From: Octopus sinensis
Taxonomy: Eukaryota
NCBI RefSeq assembly: GCF_006345805.1
Contig: NC_042997.1
Location: 175,646,001 to 175,710,000, forward strand
Direction: 5' to 3'
DNA: 64,000 nt
Part shown: positions 23,138-36,226 of the stretch, piece after piece
Position numbering within the stretch: position 1 is the stretch's first letter
Layout: every line of letters begins with the position of its first letter
The notes under the pieces: model-generated
Told to the model about the DNA's origin: nothing
Database searches by the model: none
The model's input: the letters and a program-made list of their open reading frames with translations, nothing else
Made by a program: the position numbers and the translations under genes

Positions 23138-24278
23138 TAACTAGCATTAAAGACCCATCATTGCCGGGTCATAGTATTAGTGCATGTATATATGTGTATA
23201 TACATGTGTACATATTACATGTACATCTATATATATACATCTACACATAAAATACAAAATACAAAGTTATATCTTGATATCACTAGTGATAACAATACTC
23301 AAAATATATAACAGACTGGAATTGTTAGCCCATCTCTTGTAATTTCGATCAATTGTATCTTGTCCTCCCTCTTGTATAGAAGTGTGGCTACAATCCGACG
23401 GCTGCAGCAAAATTCATTTTTGGACTTTCTTCTATTGAAGACATTTTAACAAAAATACTTCCGTGTAAACGGTGAAAATATTGTCAATTTCCCCAAACAG
23501 GGACACAATTCAATTTTTAAACAATAACCAAAGATCCTTCTCCCAAAAGGGGAGGGTTACGGTTTACAATTATTTGACAAATGCAACACAACAACGCTTC
23601 CCTTACGAGGAACCAACAAACGTGATAACAATAGTTAAACAGAAATAATAATAACAACAAACCTTACGGTAAACCAAAAAGCAGTACTCTGTTGAAGCTA
23701 TAGGCCTTTATGGATCAGAAATAAGCTAACAGCGGTACTCAGTAGAATGCTTAATGCTAGCTAATTAGCAAATAATCTAATGTAAAAGCCGTGCACACCT
23801 CCATCTGGACTATTCCCTTTCTGCACTTAAATTTTATTTTTTATTTATTCCCATTCATGTGAAACCACTGATTCAAGTTCAAGTCATTGATGCAATTTTA
23901 TACCAATTGCTATTTTTACTTTTGTTATGTTACGATAATATTATACTTTAGTTTGATTTTAATTAATACTTACTACATATAATTCAATTGTTATTATTAT
24001 TTTTATTGTTAAAGTGAAAGTATCTGACATAAAATAGAGAAATGTTTTTGTTTCACTTTTAACATGTAATACTGAAATAGTGAAGATATGATATTGCTAT
24101 GGGCTCGCTCTAGGCAAGAAGTTGAACATCTTTTTTTGCCGATGACACTCCCCAGACCCTAAGTAAGGCATGTGTAAAATTTGAATGAAATTGGTTGTGT
24201 AGTTCTCAAGTTTTAGGGAAACACACAGCCAGACAGACAGACACACACACACATTCTCAGTTTTATATATATAAAGAT
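23138..24278 (+). mobile_element. Non-autonomous Helitron/HINE (Lep1/DINE-1-like architecture)
   Basis: 5' aactagc with subterminal hairpin gaccc..gggtc (23152-23170); 3' (GACA)(CA)n then ttttatatatataaagat. Confidence 0.65.
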
Positions 24279-24887
24279 ATAATTATACAGAATGTACGAA
24301 TCACATTTTCAACAATTTTTCAAAATATTGATATTTCAAAGCATCTTTGAAAATGGGATTTATAAGTCCTGTATAATTATATTATTATATAAATATAAAA
24401 TTCTGGTTGGTGCTATCATATGTAAGGATTATTGAAACATCTGTAGAAAATTAATATTTGAAATCTCACTAATATTATTTACTTTCTGCCAAGTTTCCTA
24501 ATGTATTTTCCTCTCTGCATCCAATATAGCCAATTCCACATTATATGTAACATTCTACTTGATAGTGCATTGAAGTTGTGAATTTTTTCATTTTAACATG
24601 CTCCAAATTTATAGTTGTTCAAGTGTTTAAGTACCATACTGGAAAGTTGTATATATTGTTCAAGTGTTTAAGTATCAAACTGGAAAGTTTGCCCAAGGCA
24701 AAAAATATCAGGTTCTTTTCTAGTTTTGAGATGGATAAATGTTATTAGTAATGATGGTGACTATATTTTGAATAAATAAATATATTTGCAACATGGTTTA
24801 TGCTGACTGAACTTATTATAGGAAATGTGACATTACCTTTCAGAACCCCTGACATATATATAATACATATATACATATATTTTATAT

Positions 24888-25345
24888 CATCATCATCATT
24901 ATCATCGTTTAACATCCACTTTCTATGCTAGCATGGGTTGGATGATTTGACTGAGGACTGGCGAACCAGATGGCTGCACCAGGCTCTAGTCTTGTTCTGG
25001 CAGAGTTTCTACAGCTGGATGCCCTTCCTAATGCCAACCACTCTGAGAATGTAGTAGGTGCCTTTACGTGCCACCGGCACGAGTCTCAGTCGGGCGGTAC
25101 TGACGACAGCCATGCTCAAATGGTGTTTTTTTGTGCCACCTGCACAGGAGCCAGTCCAGCAGCACTGGCAACGACCTCGCTCAAATGTTTTTTCACATGC
25201 CAGTAAGACGACACTGGTAACGATCACGCTCGAATGGTGCTTTTTACGTGCCACCGGCACGGAAGCCAGTTAGCCGCTCCGGCAACAATCACGCTCGGAT
25301 GGTGCTCTTAGTGCTCCACTAGCACAGATGTCAGTCATCAAATTT
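24888..25345 (-). mobile_element. RTE 3'-tail family C copy with diverged ~60-bp subunits
   Basis: (tca)n-gtttaacatccactttctatgctagcatgg...repeated gtgccaccggcac units. Confidence 0.88.
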
Positions 25346-25379
25346 GATTCCGATTTTATATATATATATATATATATAT

Positions 25380-25887
25380 CATCATCATCATCATCATCAT
25401 CATTTAACGTCCGCTTTCCATGCTAGCATGGGTTGGACGGTTCAACTGGGGTCTGGGGAGCCCGAAAGCTGCACCAGTCCAGTCAGATCTGGCAGTGTTT
25501 CTACAGCTGGATGCCCTTCCTAACGCCAACCACTCCGAGAGTGTAGTGGGTGATTTTATGTGCCACCGACACAGGTGCCAGACGAGGCTGGCAAACGGCC
25601 ACGCTCGGATGGTGTTTTTATGTGCCACCGACACAGGTGCCAGACGAGGCTGGCAGACGGCCACGCTCGGATGGTGTTTTTATGTGCCACCGACACAGGT
25701 GCCAGACGAGGCTGGCAGACGGCCACGCTCGGATGGTGTTTTTATGTGCCACCGACACAGGTGCCAGACGAGGCTGGCAGACGGCCACGCTCGGATGGTG
25801 TTTTTATGTGCCACCGACACAGGTGCCAGATGAGGCTGGCAAACGGCCACGATCGGATGGTGCTTGTTACGTGCCCACAGCACGGAG
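25380..25887 (-). mobile_element. Young RTE 3'-tail copy containing five tandem 62-bp units
   Basis: tgccaccgacacagg recurs at 25561, 25623, 25685, 25747 and 25809. Confidence 0.95.
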
Positions 25888-25936
25888 GCCAGTCGATATA
25901 TATATATATATATAGGTAGATAGATAGATAGATAGA

Positions 25937-26039
25937 TCAGATTGAGCCTGGTACAGCCCTCAGGCTCACCAGTCCTCAGTCAAACCGTCCAACCCATGCC
26001 AACATGGAAAGTGGACGTTAACCGATGACGATGATGATG

Positions 26040-26040
<1 letters not shown>
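25937..26040 (+). mobile_element. Short RTE 3'-tail copy, inverted relative to the 25380 copy
   Basis: gagcctggtacagcc...aaccgtccaacccatgccaacatggaaagtggacgttaaccgatgacgatgatgatga. Confidence 0.85.
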
Positions 26041-26076
<36 letters not shown>

Positions 26077-26146
26077 GGAGTAAACACATAAATGTGAAAC
26101 AAGGTGGAAAAAAAGAGTACTCAAATACCAGTGGTAGAGTAATATG

Positions 26147-26286
26147 CTTTATTTAAAGCAGCAGAAAATTCAACAAAATCTGTTACTCTGAGTTTCTCAT
26201 TGCCGTTCATCAGACAGTTTTTGATGAACGGCAACGAGAAACTCAGAGTAACAGATTTTGTTGAATTTTCTGCTGCTTTAAATAAA

Positions 26287-26287
<1 letters not shown>
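26147..26287. repeat. 66-bp inverted repeat (1 mismatch) with 9-nt spacer, Penelope-like terminal-repeat inversion
   Basis: 26147-26212 pairs with 26222-26287. Confidence 0.93.
26176..26221 (-). ncRNA. Candidate minimal type-I hammerhead ribozyme
   Basis: Minus: aaaaCTGT-CTGATGA-ACG-GCAA-TGA-GAAA-CTC-A-GAG-TA-ACAG-atttt; intact CUGAUGA/GAAA core, GUA triplet, GNRA-capped stem II with an A.A first pair. Confidence 0.6.
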
Positions 26288-26328
<41 letters not shown>

Positions 26329-26512
26329 ATGTGTGTGTGTGTGCAATGAATATTTACATAGATTCCAACTATCAAATTTCATTCACAAAGCTTTGGTCAA
26401 CACTAAGCGAGAGTAGAAGACAACTTGTCCAACGTGGAATGCAGCTAGAGCAAACCTAGAACCACATAGTCATAAAGTAATTTTTCTAACCATGCAGGCA
26501 TACATGTTTGTA

Positions 26513-26759
26513 TAAGGAAGTGCTGAAAAGTTCCTTGCTTTAAGGGTATCACGAACGGTCTGGCTGGAGGCCCAGCCTTCCGAGTTCTTTTACATGGCTT
26601 AGAAAAACTGAACGACTGCCACCATAAGTGTGTGAATCCAAGAGGGGAATATGTTAAATATATATATATGTTAAATATAAATGTTAAATAAAATCATAAT
26701 TAACTGATCCACCTGTATTTTCTTTCACCCAAAGCCAGGAACTTTTCGGGACCCCTTTG
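26513..26759. mobile_element. Mariner-derived MITE
   Basis: Ends gtgctgaaaagttccttgcttt / aaagccaggaacttttcgggaccc, TA at both flanks; internal remnant LEKL..CHHKCVNPRGEYV of a mariner C terminus. Confidence 0.75.
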
Positions 26760-27084
26760 TATATATATATCTTTCTGTAAATGTTCACTGCTTTGTAAAA
26801 TCCAACATGATTTATTATATTTTGGAGGTTATATTTCATAAAAGAAAGAGAAAAAGAAAACAACAGAGTTCACCACAAGTGAGAAATTTCACAGAAAGGA
26901 ATCTGAAAATTAAATAAAGATTAATAATGGTCTTTTATCACATTGTTACAATGACAAAAATTTGTAGAAATGAGGGACATTTAATTAATTGCAGTATATT
27001 CTCCATACTATATTTTATTGACTTCTGGACTCTGGTTCAGAACCAGACACACTTCAATATGATTAAGATGTTCCCTAAATCATC

Positions 27085-27630
27085 AACATTATCATTTAAC
27101 GTCTGTTTTCTATGCTGGCATAGGTTAGATGTTTTGACTAGGAGTGGTAATCCAGAGAGCTGCACCAGGCTCTAGTTGTCTGTTTTGGCTTGGTCTCTAA
27201 GGCTGGATGTCCTTCACAAAGGCCAACAACTTTACAGAGTGTACTGGGTGTTTTTGCATGTAACTAGCTTGGGGCCCTTTACATGCCACCAGCATAGGTA
27301 TCTTTTATGTATCACCAGTATGGGTGCCATTTATGTGCCACTAACACTAGCAATGACCACACTTCGTTTAGCTTTACATGTCTTCTCAAGCATAGCAAAT
27401 CACTAGAAGTCTTGGTCACTTGTCAATGCCTCTGTGAGGCTCACCAGCCTAAGATCATATTTCACCACCTCGTTCCATGTCTTCCTGGGTCTACTCTTTC
27501 CACAGGTTCCTTCCACAATTATAGTTTGGCTCACCTTTATGCTGCTGTCCTCATCCATACACATTAGATTACCATACCAGCTCAGTTTTCTCTCTAGCAC
27601 AATACATCTGATACCTCTCATACCCAACTA
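27085..27630 (-). mobile_element. RTE LINE 3' end, older subfamily: ORF2 terminus plus short UTR and family C tail
   Basis: RKLSWYGNLMCMDEDS...VEGTCGKSRPRKTWNEVVKYDL joined to the family C tail. Confidence 0.85.
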
Positions 27631-28158
27631 AACAATCAATGCTTATCCTTTTCTGAATGACAAGGGTCAACATACAGATGCTTACTTTTTTTTCTGTAGT
27701 ATTAAATAAAGAGGATGTAAATCTCACAAGAAAGATTTGCTGTATTGTAGGCCCTTACAAAATTGTAAGCCCTCACAAAATTTTAGGCCCTCACAAAATT
27801 TTCATCAATTTGTACAGTAGTGAAACATAAAGGTACAGTTTCCTGATTGAATCATACTGACTCATAAGGGCCAGTTTCCTGGTTTCCATGGCATATATAT
27901 TGAAACCACAATCTTACAATCATAAGTCCAACACCCTAACTACTAAGCCAGGTGCCTCCACAGTAGCAAAATATACCACCCACAGTATCAAAAGCAGAGG
28001 AAGGTGGACTCATTTATTATACATTAAGTGCCTAGGCTGCTTTTGAAGAAGGAATACATACAATTTATCTTGTTTGCACTCTGTTGACCCTATCATCCAT
28101 GCTTTTCACTAACAGTAATTAGGCAAAACCAAATCCAAATTGAATACGCACACAAACA

Positions 28159-28159
<1 letters not shown>

Positions 28160-28217
<58 letters not shown>

Positions 28218-28432
28218 TAAATAAAGTTGTTTTTGCTTTTTAGCCTTTAGCTTAATTGAAATATATAATTTATATAGCAGATTTAAAAGTATCATAAAGA
28301 AACCTTATAGAATGAAATAGCTTAAATCAGTGGGAATTAAATAAATTCCATAACTTAGATATGGTGTAATTTGGAATTAAAAGACTTTCTAACAGATATT
28401 ATTTTATTTCTTGACTGAACAATGCACATACA

Positions 28433-28463
<31 letters not shown>

Positions 28464-28861
28464 TTTCTCTCTCTGTTTATTTGTGTTCCTTTCTGTTGAA
28501 GAGCATAGGCTCAAAACGTAAAAGACTTTCTCACTTAGACTAATATATGTTTGTTGTTTACACACCCGTCTTCGTCTTTTGTTTTGTTTGTTTTTTTGTA
28601 AATTTCAACCATACATATATACATACATACATACATACACACATACATATAGATAGATACATATGTTCATACATACACATGTATATATGTATAAATGTCC
28701 TCATAAAGACTCTTAATGAAAAAAATTGTAGCAATACCAGATAAACCATTTGTCTGTTATATACATGCATGTATATTCCCTCTTCTCTGTTTGGAGACAT
28801 AAGTACTTACACACACAATTAACTTCCACCTACCAAATTCAATCACACGGCTTCGGTCAGC

Positions 28862-28892
<31 letters not shown>

Positions 28893-28932
28893 TGTATGTA
28901 TGTATGTATGTGTGTATGTGTGTGTGTGTGTG

Positions 28933-28976
<44 letters not shown>

Positions 28977-29310
28977 ATGTATGTATGTATGTATGTATGT
29001 ATTATGGCTGATGTTGCTTAGTGAGTGAGATTGACTCAGTGTACAGCCTTTCCTCACTTTAAAAAAAATCTTTTTGCACAGGCATTGCACGATAACAACA
29101 TTGATTAAGCTTCGTGCAATGGCCATACTTGATAACGAGGGGGCAGCCACCATGTATGTATGTATGTATGTATGTATGTGTATATATATGTACACACACG
29201 TATATATGTGTGTGTATATGTATATATATATATATATTTATATATATCATCATTTAATATTCATTATATATATGTATGTATTATATATATACATATATAT
29301 TTACACACAC
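28160..29310. repeat. Microsatellite-rich block: (CA)n, (CATA)n, (TATG)n, (TG)n
   Basis: Directly visible, interspersed with short repeat fragments. Confidence 0.85.
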
Positions 29311-29399
29311 ACATACCTGACTGGGATGATAAGATGACTTGTGATATGCAGTTCTTAAGAAGACCCACCCAACTCAGAGAAAATAAGCCGGAGAAATCC

Positions 29400-30064
29400 T
29401 GTGTGTATGTATAAATGCACAACTTTGGCCCTTTGCCCAATTTCTTCCTCCTATACACCACGCCACCCTTTATCTCTCTGCCCTACACCTGCCTCTCTTC
29501 CAACTTACCAAACTACTTATCATCTTTTCCTTTTCTCTCTCATCCTTCATTTGTCCATAGACTACAGTAATATCATTACTGCTTTGCTACTCTTCACCTC
29601 TTCACCCTCATGCATCATTGGTCACCACCCCATCCCTAATCCACCATTCACTATATCCCCTCCACCATCACCCCTCAATCTTATTCAGTCTCTAAGGGTT
29701 TTCACCTACTTTTCCCTACCTCCCCTATATATCCTTAGCTCAACACTTATCCTTCTGTTATATTCACCCTATCATACATCTCTCACTCTCCCATACATTC
29801 TTGCAACCTTTATCCAGCCGAACTCCCCTCACGCGATTCTTCTGTCCCCCCCCCGCCACCTTCATTCATTTCTCCTGGACTCATTCCTAAAGGAACCCAG
29901 ACACCTTATCACTATTTTTTTTACTCTTCCCTGTACCACACCAATCACCATACCCACCTAGTCTTCTAAAATGTAACCCCTCTACAGCAAGAAAAATAAA
30001 TGTACATATACATAGATACACACACTAAAACACACACACACACACACACACCACCACCACCACC

Positions 30065-30098
<34 letters not shown>

Positions 30099-30110
30099 TC
30101 AAAATTTATG
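29400..30110. repeat. Pyrimidine-rich low-complexity tract followed by (CA)n(CAC)n(CAT)n
   Basis: Strong C/T strand skew; explains the Pro/Leu/Ser-rich ORF at 29401-29961. Confidence 0.75.
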
Positions 30111-31065
30111 GCTGTTTTCCATGCTGGAACAGGTTGAATAGTTCAACAGAAACTAAGGAGTCAGAAGACTACTAAGCCCTTCTGTCTACACACACACATG
30201 CACACACACACATATGCATGCACACTCACATACATACACATATATGTATGTGCACACACACACACACAAATGCACTAAATTATAAAATAGTACATATCCA
30301 TATGCTATTTATTACCTAATCAGTTAATACTTCTTCCTGGTTCTGACTAATTGGGTTTACACAATGCTTTAATAATAATAACCAATAGACATGAGGACGT
30401 TATAGTTTCAATGAATAAAATCTATGATGCATTAATATACTTTGTTTTGAAAGAGTACCTAATTGAGAGGATTAACAATTTATAATTTCACAGCTGTCAC
30501 CAACTTATTTATGCCCCTCTCTCTCTCTCTCTGTCTGTTTTCATTTGAATTGTCAATTTGTAAAACTATGCAAATACATCAAGCTAGATGAGTTAAAATT
30601 TAAAATTTTATTTAAGTTTTAAAACTGACATGGCCTGTGTGAGTTACTATTGTCCCAGTAAAAAAAAAAAGAAAAAAAGACACAATAAATGCTTTGTTGA
30701 CAGATTTCTTTTTGCCAAATATATTAAAACAGAAGGATTTAATTTTCTTATCTTTGGAAGAATATTACATAACAATGTAAAAAAGCCTAGAGCTGAGTAT
30801 GTTTGCTTTTCCTCTAAAAAATATTACGGATCTTTTCATTATCGTGGCCTGTTTTTTCAAATTTTTCCTACTGAACCAAACAATTTGAAACTTCGTATAC
30901 TGGTAGAATGTGTCAAAAGTAAACTTAATTGTAAACCAGAATGAATATTACACCAGTTGTTACAATTGACACACTGGAAATAGTTACCATGATGAAGAGG
31001 AATGGTTTATTATTTGTAAGTACTTCAGATTTCCAACTACTGGCTTTTCTTTTCATTGATGGTCA

Positions 31066-31222
31066 TGCATTCGTGGCATGGCTGTGTTGTAAGATGTTTG
31101 CTTCCCAACCACATGGTTCCAGATTCAGTCTCATTGCATGGCACCTTGGGTGAGTATCTTCTGCTACAGCCCTGGGCATAACAAAGCCTTGTGAGTGGAT
31201 TTGGTAGCAGAAAGGAGATTTG
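31066..31222 (+). mobile_element. SINE family B 5' half
   Basis: ggcatggctgtgttgtaag...gcatggcaccttggg...aaagccttgtgagtggatttggtag. Confidence 0.8.
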
Positions 31223-32473
31223 AAGCAAAGGCATTGTTCAAATATTAAGTTTTTTTTATGATTTATAGAACAATGAAAACACTGCAAGCAAATATCAAAA
31301 TCTCGAGGCAGCTGCTGACACATTTTTGCTTGCACTTTCAAGTTATTATATGGTTGAAACTGAATTCAGCCATATAAATGTACTGTTAAGTAAACAAAGA
31401 AACAGATTTAACATCAATGAACGTGGTGACCTAAGACTCAAAGTTATGAAATATCATTCTAATATTCATGCTATTAACAGTCATCAGCAGTGGCGTAGCT
31501 AGGAGTAAGTGATCAGGGTGGTCCACCACAGTGATGCGTTTATGGAGGCAGCACAACTGAGTATAAGCTTATATAGAGGGTAGGGCAGGAGGATCATAAA
31601 TTCAAGGGCTGCCCCAGGCTGCAAAAAACTGTATTTATGCCTCTGGTCATCAGGCTCATTTATTTCATTAAGAAGACAAACTCCTTCCATTAAAAGATGC
31701 TTTGTAATCTTTGTATGCATTTAAAAAATCTGTGTTGCATTAGTATTGGGACCTATTTATCTTATTTTTATCTCGGTCCCTCTGGATATTTTATGCCATT
31801 TTGTAATTGAACATACTAAGCCTAGTGAGATATTTTCTTTTCTTTTTTAAAAATAGAAAGATGAAAAAAGTTTTTCTTTTCCCTAAAGAAAACGTTGATA
31901 GCTTACTGGAAGATTAAGCCTATTTGTCAGTCTTGAAGTTAAATATAAATATTTTCTGCTTACATTTATAAAATTAACCAATTATCAATTTTTGTTAATG
32001 AGGAAGTACATTCTACCAACGTTTCAAGTGATAAATATGTAACATTGTTGAAAAACAAAGTGAGATATCTTTTTTTGAATAGGTTTTATATTGTTGTCAA
32101 TCAATATTATTCGTTTTCAAGCTCCTTTTGATTTTTACCAATGAAAAATGTTAATACTTGAAATGTTCATGTATCATAATGTGATGATATAAATGTTATT
32201 TAATGGCTCTTTTAATACAATACATCATTTTTATACTTTAAGTAGGTCATCATTGATAATAAATTGATTTCCTGAATGTACATATTGAATAAACATTCTT
32301 TAGAATTCACTTTACTAATTCCAAGTTTACCATAATATTTTACTGCGTGACCAGGGATTGATGAAAGCTCTCAGTTTGAGATTGAGTCGATAGATTCAGG
32401 TTTGAGACCCTCTGGGGTTGTTATTCATAACTATATCATGGTTATTAGATCTGAATCATAAGTGATGTTTATC

Positions 32474-32690
32474 AAGGTGGTGAGCTGGCAGAAAGGTTAG
32501 CATGCCAGGTAGAATGCTTTGCAGTATTTCGTCTGTCTTTATTTACAATCTGAGTTCAAATTCTGCCGAGGTCGACTTTGCCTTTCATTCTTTTGGGGTC
32601 AATAAATTAAGAACCAGTTACATATAGGTGTCGATCTAGTCGACTGGCCCCCTCTCACCAAATTTTGAGCCTTGTGCCTAGAGTAGAAAG
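32474..32690 (+). mobile_element. SINE family A (alternative tail)
   Basis: aaggtggtgagctggcagaa...gagttcaaattctgccgaggtcgac...gccttgtgcctagagtagaaag. Confidence 0.88.
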
Positions 32691-35600
32691 CATGTGACGT
32701 TTATCATCAAATTTAAAACTGTCAAGCCAATGAATATGTTTTTATGTAGCAATTTGCCCTACAAAAATTAACAGACAACACTACACTCTACAATCTTCCC
32801 TCTCCTCAACAAAAGAAGCATTGGAATTGTAGGCGCAGTTACCTCCCTTGACAGCGGGTTCAAACAAGCTCGCCATAGAGGGTACACGCAACATTAAGGT
32901 TCAGACACTCACCTCTTCCTCTTTTGGTATCTAGATGTCGTAGAGCAAAGACATGATCTAGTTGACTCTCTCACACCACATGCCAGCTAGCAGACAGGAG
33001 GCAACGCACAGGAAAAGATTATGGCCTCCACGTAGCAAACCATTTCCATTTATCATTCAGCTTGTATATATATACATAAGGCCGACATTAAAGGTATATA
33101 AAGTTACAGCCTTGTCCTATGTATTTCTTTGTACTGCGTTCCTATCAAATGATATTACAGCCTTCTGAATAGAGTCATGTTTAGATGGTTCCACACCCAT
33201 CATACAAACACACTATCTAAAGAATAATGTATCCAATTCTAGTGTTATTCAAGTTGCCTGTAAGAGAGAGAGAGAGAAAGGAGGAGGAGGAGGAGAGGAA
33301 AAACGCCAGTTCCTTCTTCAATTTCAGACAGTGCGCTTGTCACTTTTTAACTTTTTAGTACCTTTACTGAGATCTTGTTTTCACATATACACATTAAGTT
33401 TTCTTGCACGCAAGCCTTGCATCATTACTTTCCTCCTGCCACACAAAAATAGCCGACTATTACCAGCTCCACGTTCAAAGATTCCCTATTAAAACTGACG
33501 AATATTTGTTTTTACTTCTGACTCATCGTAGTAGTGAAAAACTTCGTAATGTTTTAGTAGAATCTATAAGTATTGATTTTTATGTTAAGACATTTTAATA
33601 TACCTCCAGTTACCACAACCAACCTTACTCAAAATCCTTGCCAATTACATACAACTATAACATTTGGTGACACCTGTGAATCGCGCAATTCTATACGACA
33701 ATCGAACTTCCTACAAATACTTCAGTCTATTTATGTGGCTCCTAGTGCACAATACATCAATGCCTTCTGCATCTGCAGATACAACAGCTATCCAATTAGT
33801 GATTATCTAGACACACGACCCGGCTCTATGGTTCGCATACATCGAAACGCAGCTCATTGCGACCCAGATCGTTAGCGAGACGACCCGAATGGCACTTAAC
33901 ATCAGTTCGCTTCCATTAGATGTCATCATGGAATTTGGAGATTTGGTAATGGCTCAGCCTAACACTGTCTCTTACGACACTTTTCAGAAGGAACTCACAT
34001 AACGCACCTACGTTTCACAGCAGAAATAATCCCACCAAATCCTAATAACAGAAGAACTCGGTGATAAAAAGGGAAAAGAAAAAAACACCATCTCAGCTCC
34101 TTTCTTTAAACAGCTATTCCTGACGCGACTGCCCTCCACTACGTAAATCATTTTCGTGTCCACTTAGGAGTCTTAATCTATTCAGGAGTTGGCCGAACAG
34201 ACGGAGGGAAATGCAAAGGTCGCAACCTCGTTTTCGATCATGACTCTGGTATCATCAACCGTATCTTCCAGGAACCCTTTCGTTTAGTCATCCGATTGCA
34301 CGAAAATAGCGGACCTGCGATCCTAATGACACAGTAAAACGCGCAGATTCAAGCATTTCCAGCATGAATTCGAATTTTGTTACTTTTCAACTCACCTCGA
34401 CGCAGTAAAAACCAGTCCTGGCGTTTTGTTCGTCGGCATCCCCGACCGAAGTCCTCGCGTTATTCAACGGTCAGATTTGAAGTGCTGGTATCGTCGTAGA
34501 TTTGGCAAGTATGCCCACCACTGTGAGTCTCCTTATTTTGTTTCAAGAGATACTCCTTTCCTTTCGGTAAATGAAACACCCAGGGATTAAGGACGACAAT
34601 GTCGCCTGGCTCCTGTAAACAAAGTCACCTTTTCTTTGTAACCAATTGTTTCACAGGTATTCGTTTACTTGTAGACGCAGAAGCCGAAGTTAGAATGATA
34701 TCAGTGTCCCTCTTATCATTCACCAGAAAACCCGCACCAGTTCTTCTACAAGCAGTCAACCATTCTCCGATTCCTATTTTTGGAAAACAGTCTCTTATTC
34801 TGGACTTAGGATCACTCTTGTTTAAGAGCTGATTTCCTACAACATATCGGCTGCTGAGTATACATCAACAGTCAGACCTGTTATTTTGCTAACAGCAATC
34901 ACACAGTAGAACTCTAGCCTCTGCAAGTAGCCTGTAATGGCTCTTCCAGTGTTTAGAAACATAATGTAACTCATCACACTGAGACTCATAGTACATCAAT
35001 CGCCGGTTGCAAAACAGGAATTTCAACACATGCTAGACCTAGCATCACTGCGGAAATGTGTGAATTTCTGGACTTTGTAGATCTTTTCTTCTTTTATAAG
35101 AGATTCATTCCATTCCTGATTGTGTAAAAGTGATTCAACCACTCACAGACTTTCTTCGGTACCGAACAAAGAAAATCCAGCTAAAAACATTAAATGAAAA
35201 CAAATGCTGGGATTTCATTGATTTCATTCGAAGAATTAAACTACGTAAAAGTTACAAAATACAATTTTCTCAAAAAAACTAATTGAAATTAATGTTTTCT
35301 TTTGACACATTCTACCAGTATACGAAGTTTCAAATTATTTAGTTAAGTAGAAATTCTGTCCATCTTTTAGAAAAGATCCCAAATTTAGCTCTTTTTCTAT
35401 TCTCAAAGATATTATAGCCAAGGTTATACTGGTATATCCCAAATCTGATACCCCTCTTTCTTTATTTGTGGATGAATACGATGTCGGACTTTGAGCTGTG
35501 CTATAGCAGTTAGTTACTGGTATTTGGCAACTGTTGTCTTTCTTCTTCAGGCGACTACAACCGGCTGAATCTAAATACAATACTTTCGAACGGGAATGAT

Positions 35601-35780
35601 TGTCAAACATTTTCGATACACATTAAAAGGTTCTGTTTTCACTATCTATACGGACCACCGACTACACGTATGTGTGTTCAGCACAAAACCCGATCGCCAC
35701 TCATCTAAAGAAGTTCACCACCTTAACATTATATTCCAGTGCACCACGGACACACGTCACATCAAGGGTTTGGCCACCCC

Positions 35781-35975
35781 AGCGGCTGGCAGAAACGTTA
35801 GCGCGCCGGGCGAAATGCGTAGCCGTATTTCGTCACGTTCCGAGTTCAAATTCCGCCGAGGTCGACTTTGCCTTTCATCCTTTCGGGGTCGATAAATTAA
35901 GTAATCGACTTAATCCCTTTGTTTGTCCTTGTTTGTCCCTTCTATGTTTATTCTCATGTGGGTAGTAAAGAAATA
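35781..35975 (+). mobile_element. SINE family A, young copy
   Basis: gctggcagaaacgttagcgcgccgggcgaaatgc...gtagtaaagaaat. Confidence 0.92.
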
Positions 35976-36000
35976 TATAACTGAGCTCATTACATACCTA

Positions 36001-36226
36001 TATCTTTACTACCCACAAGGGGCTAAACACAGAGGGGACAAACAAGGAGAAACGGATTAAGTCGATTACATCGACCCCAGTGCGTAACTGGTACTTAATT
36101 TATCGACCCCGAAAGGATGAAAGGCAAAGTCGACCTCGGCGGAATTTGAACTCAGAACGTAGCGGAGGACGAAATACCCGTAAGCATTTCGCCCGGCGTG
36201 CTAACGTTTCCGCCAGCTCGACGCCT
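36001..36226 (-). mobile_element. SINE family A, young copy, tail to tail with the 35781 copy
   Basis: ctttactacccacaaggggctaaac...gtttccgccagctcgacgcc. Confidence 0.92.

Noticed and set aside
25557-25865. CRISPR-like array
   Set aside because: The 62-bp units are contiguous near-identical copies with no unique spacers, lie in an RTE 3' UTR, and there are no cas genes; the context is eukaryotic.
28489-28524. Third hammerhead (cttt-ctgttga-a-gagc-atag-gctc-aaaa-c-gta-aaag)
   Set aside because: Topology fits, but two invariant core positions are changed (A6 to U, G12 to A); at most a dead relic.
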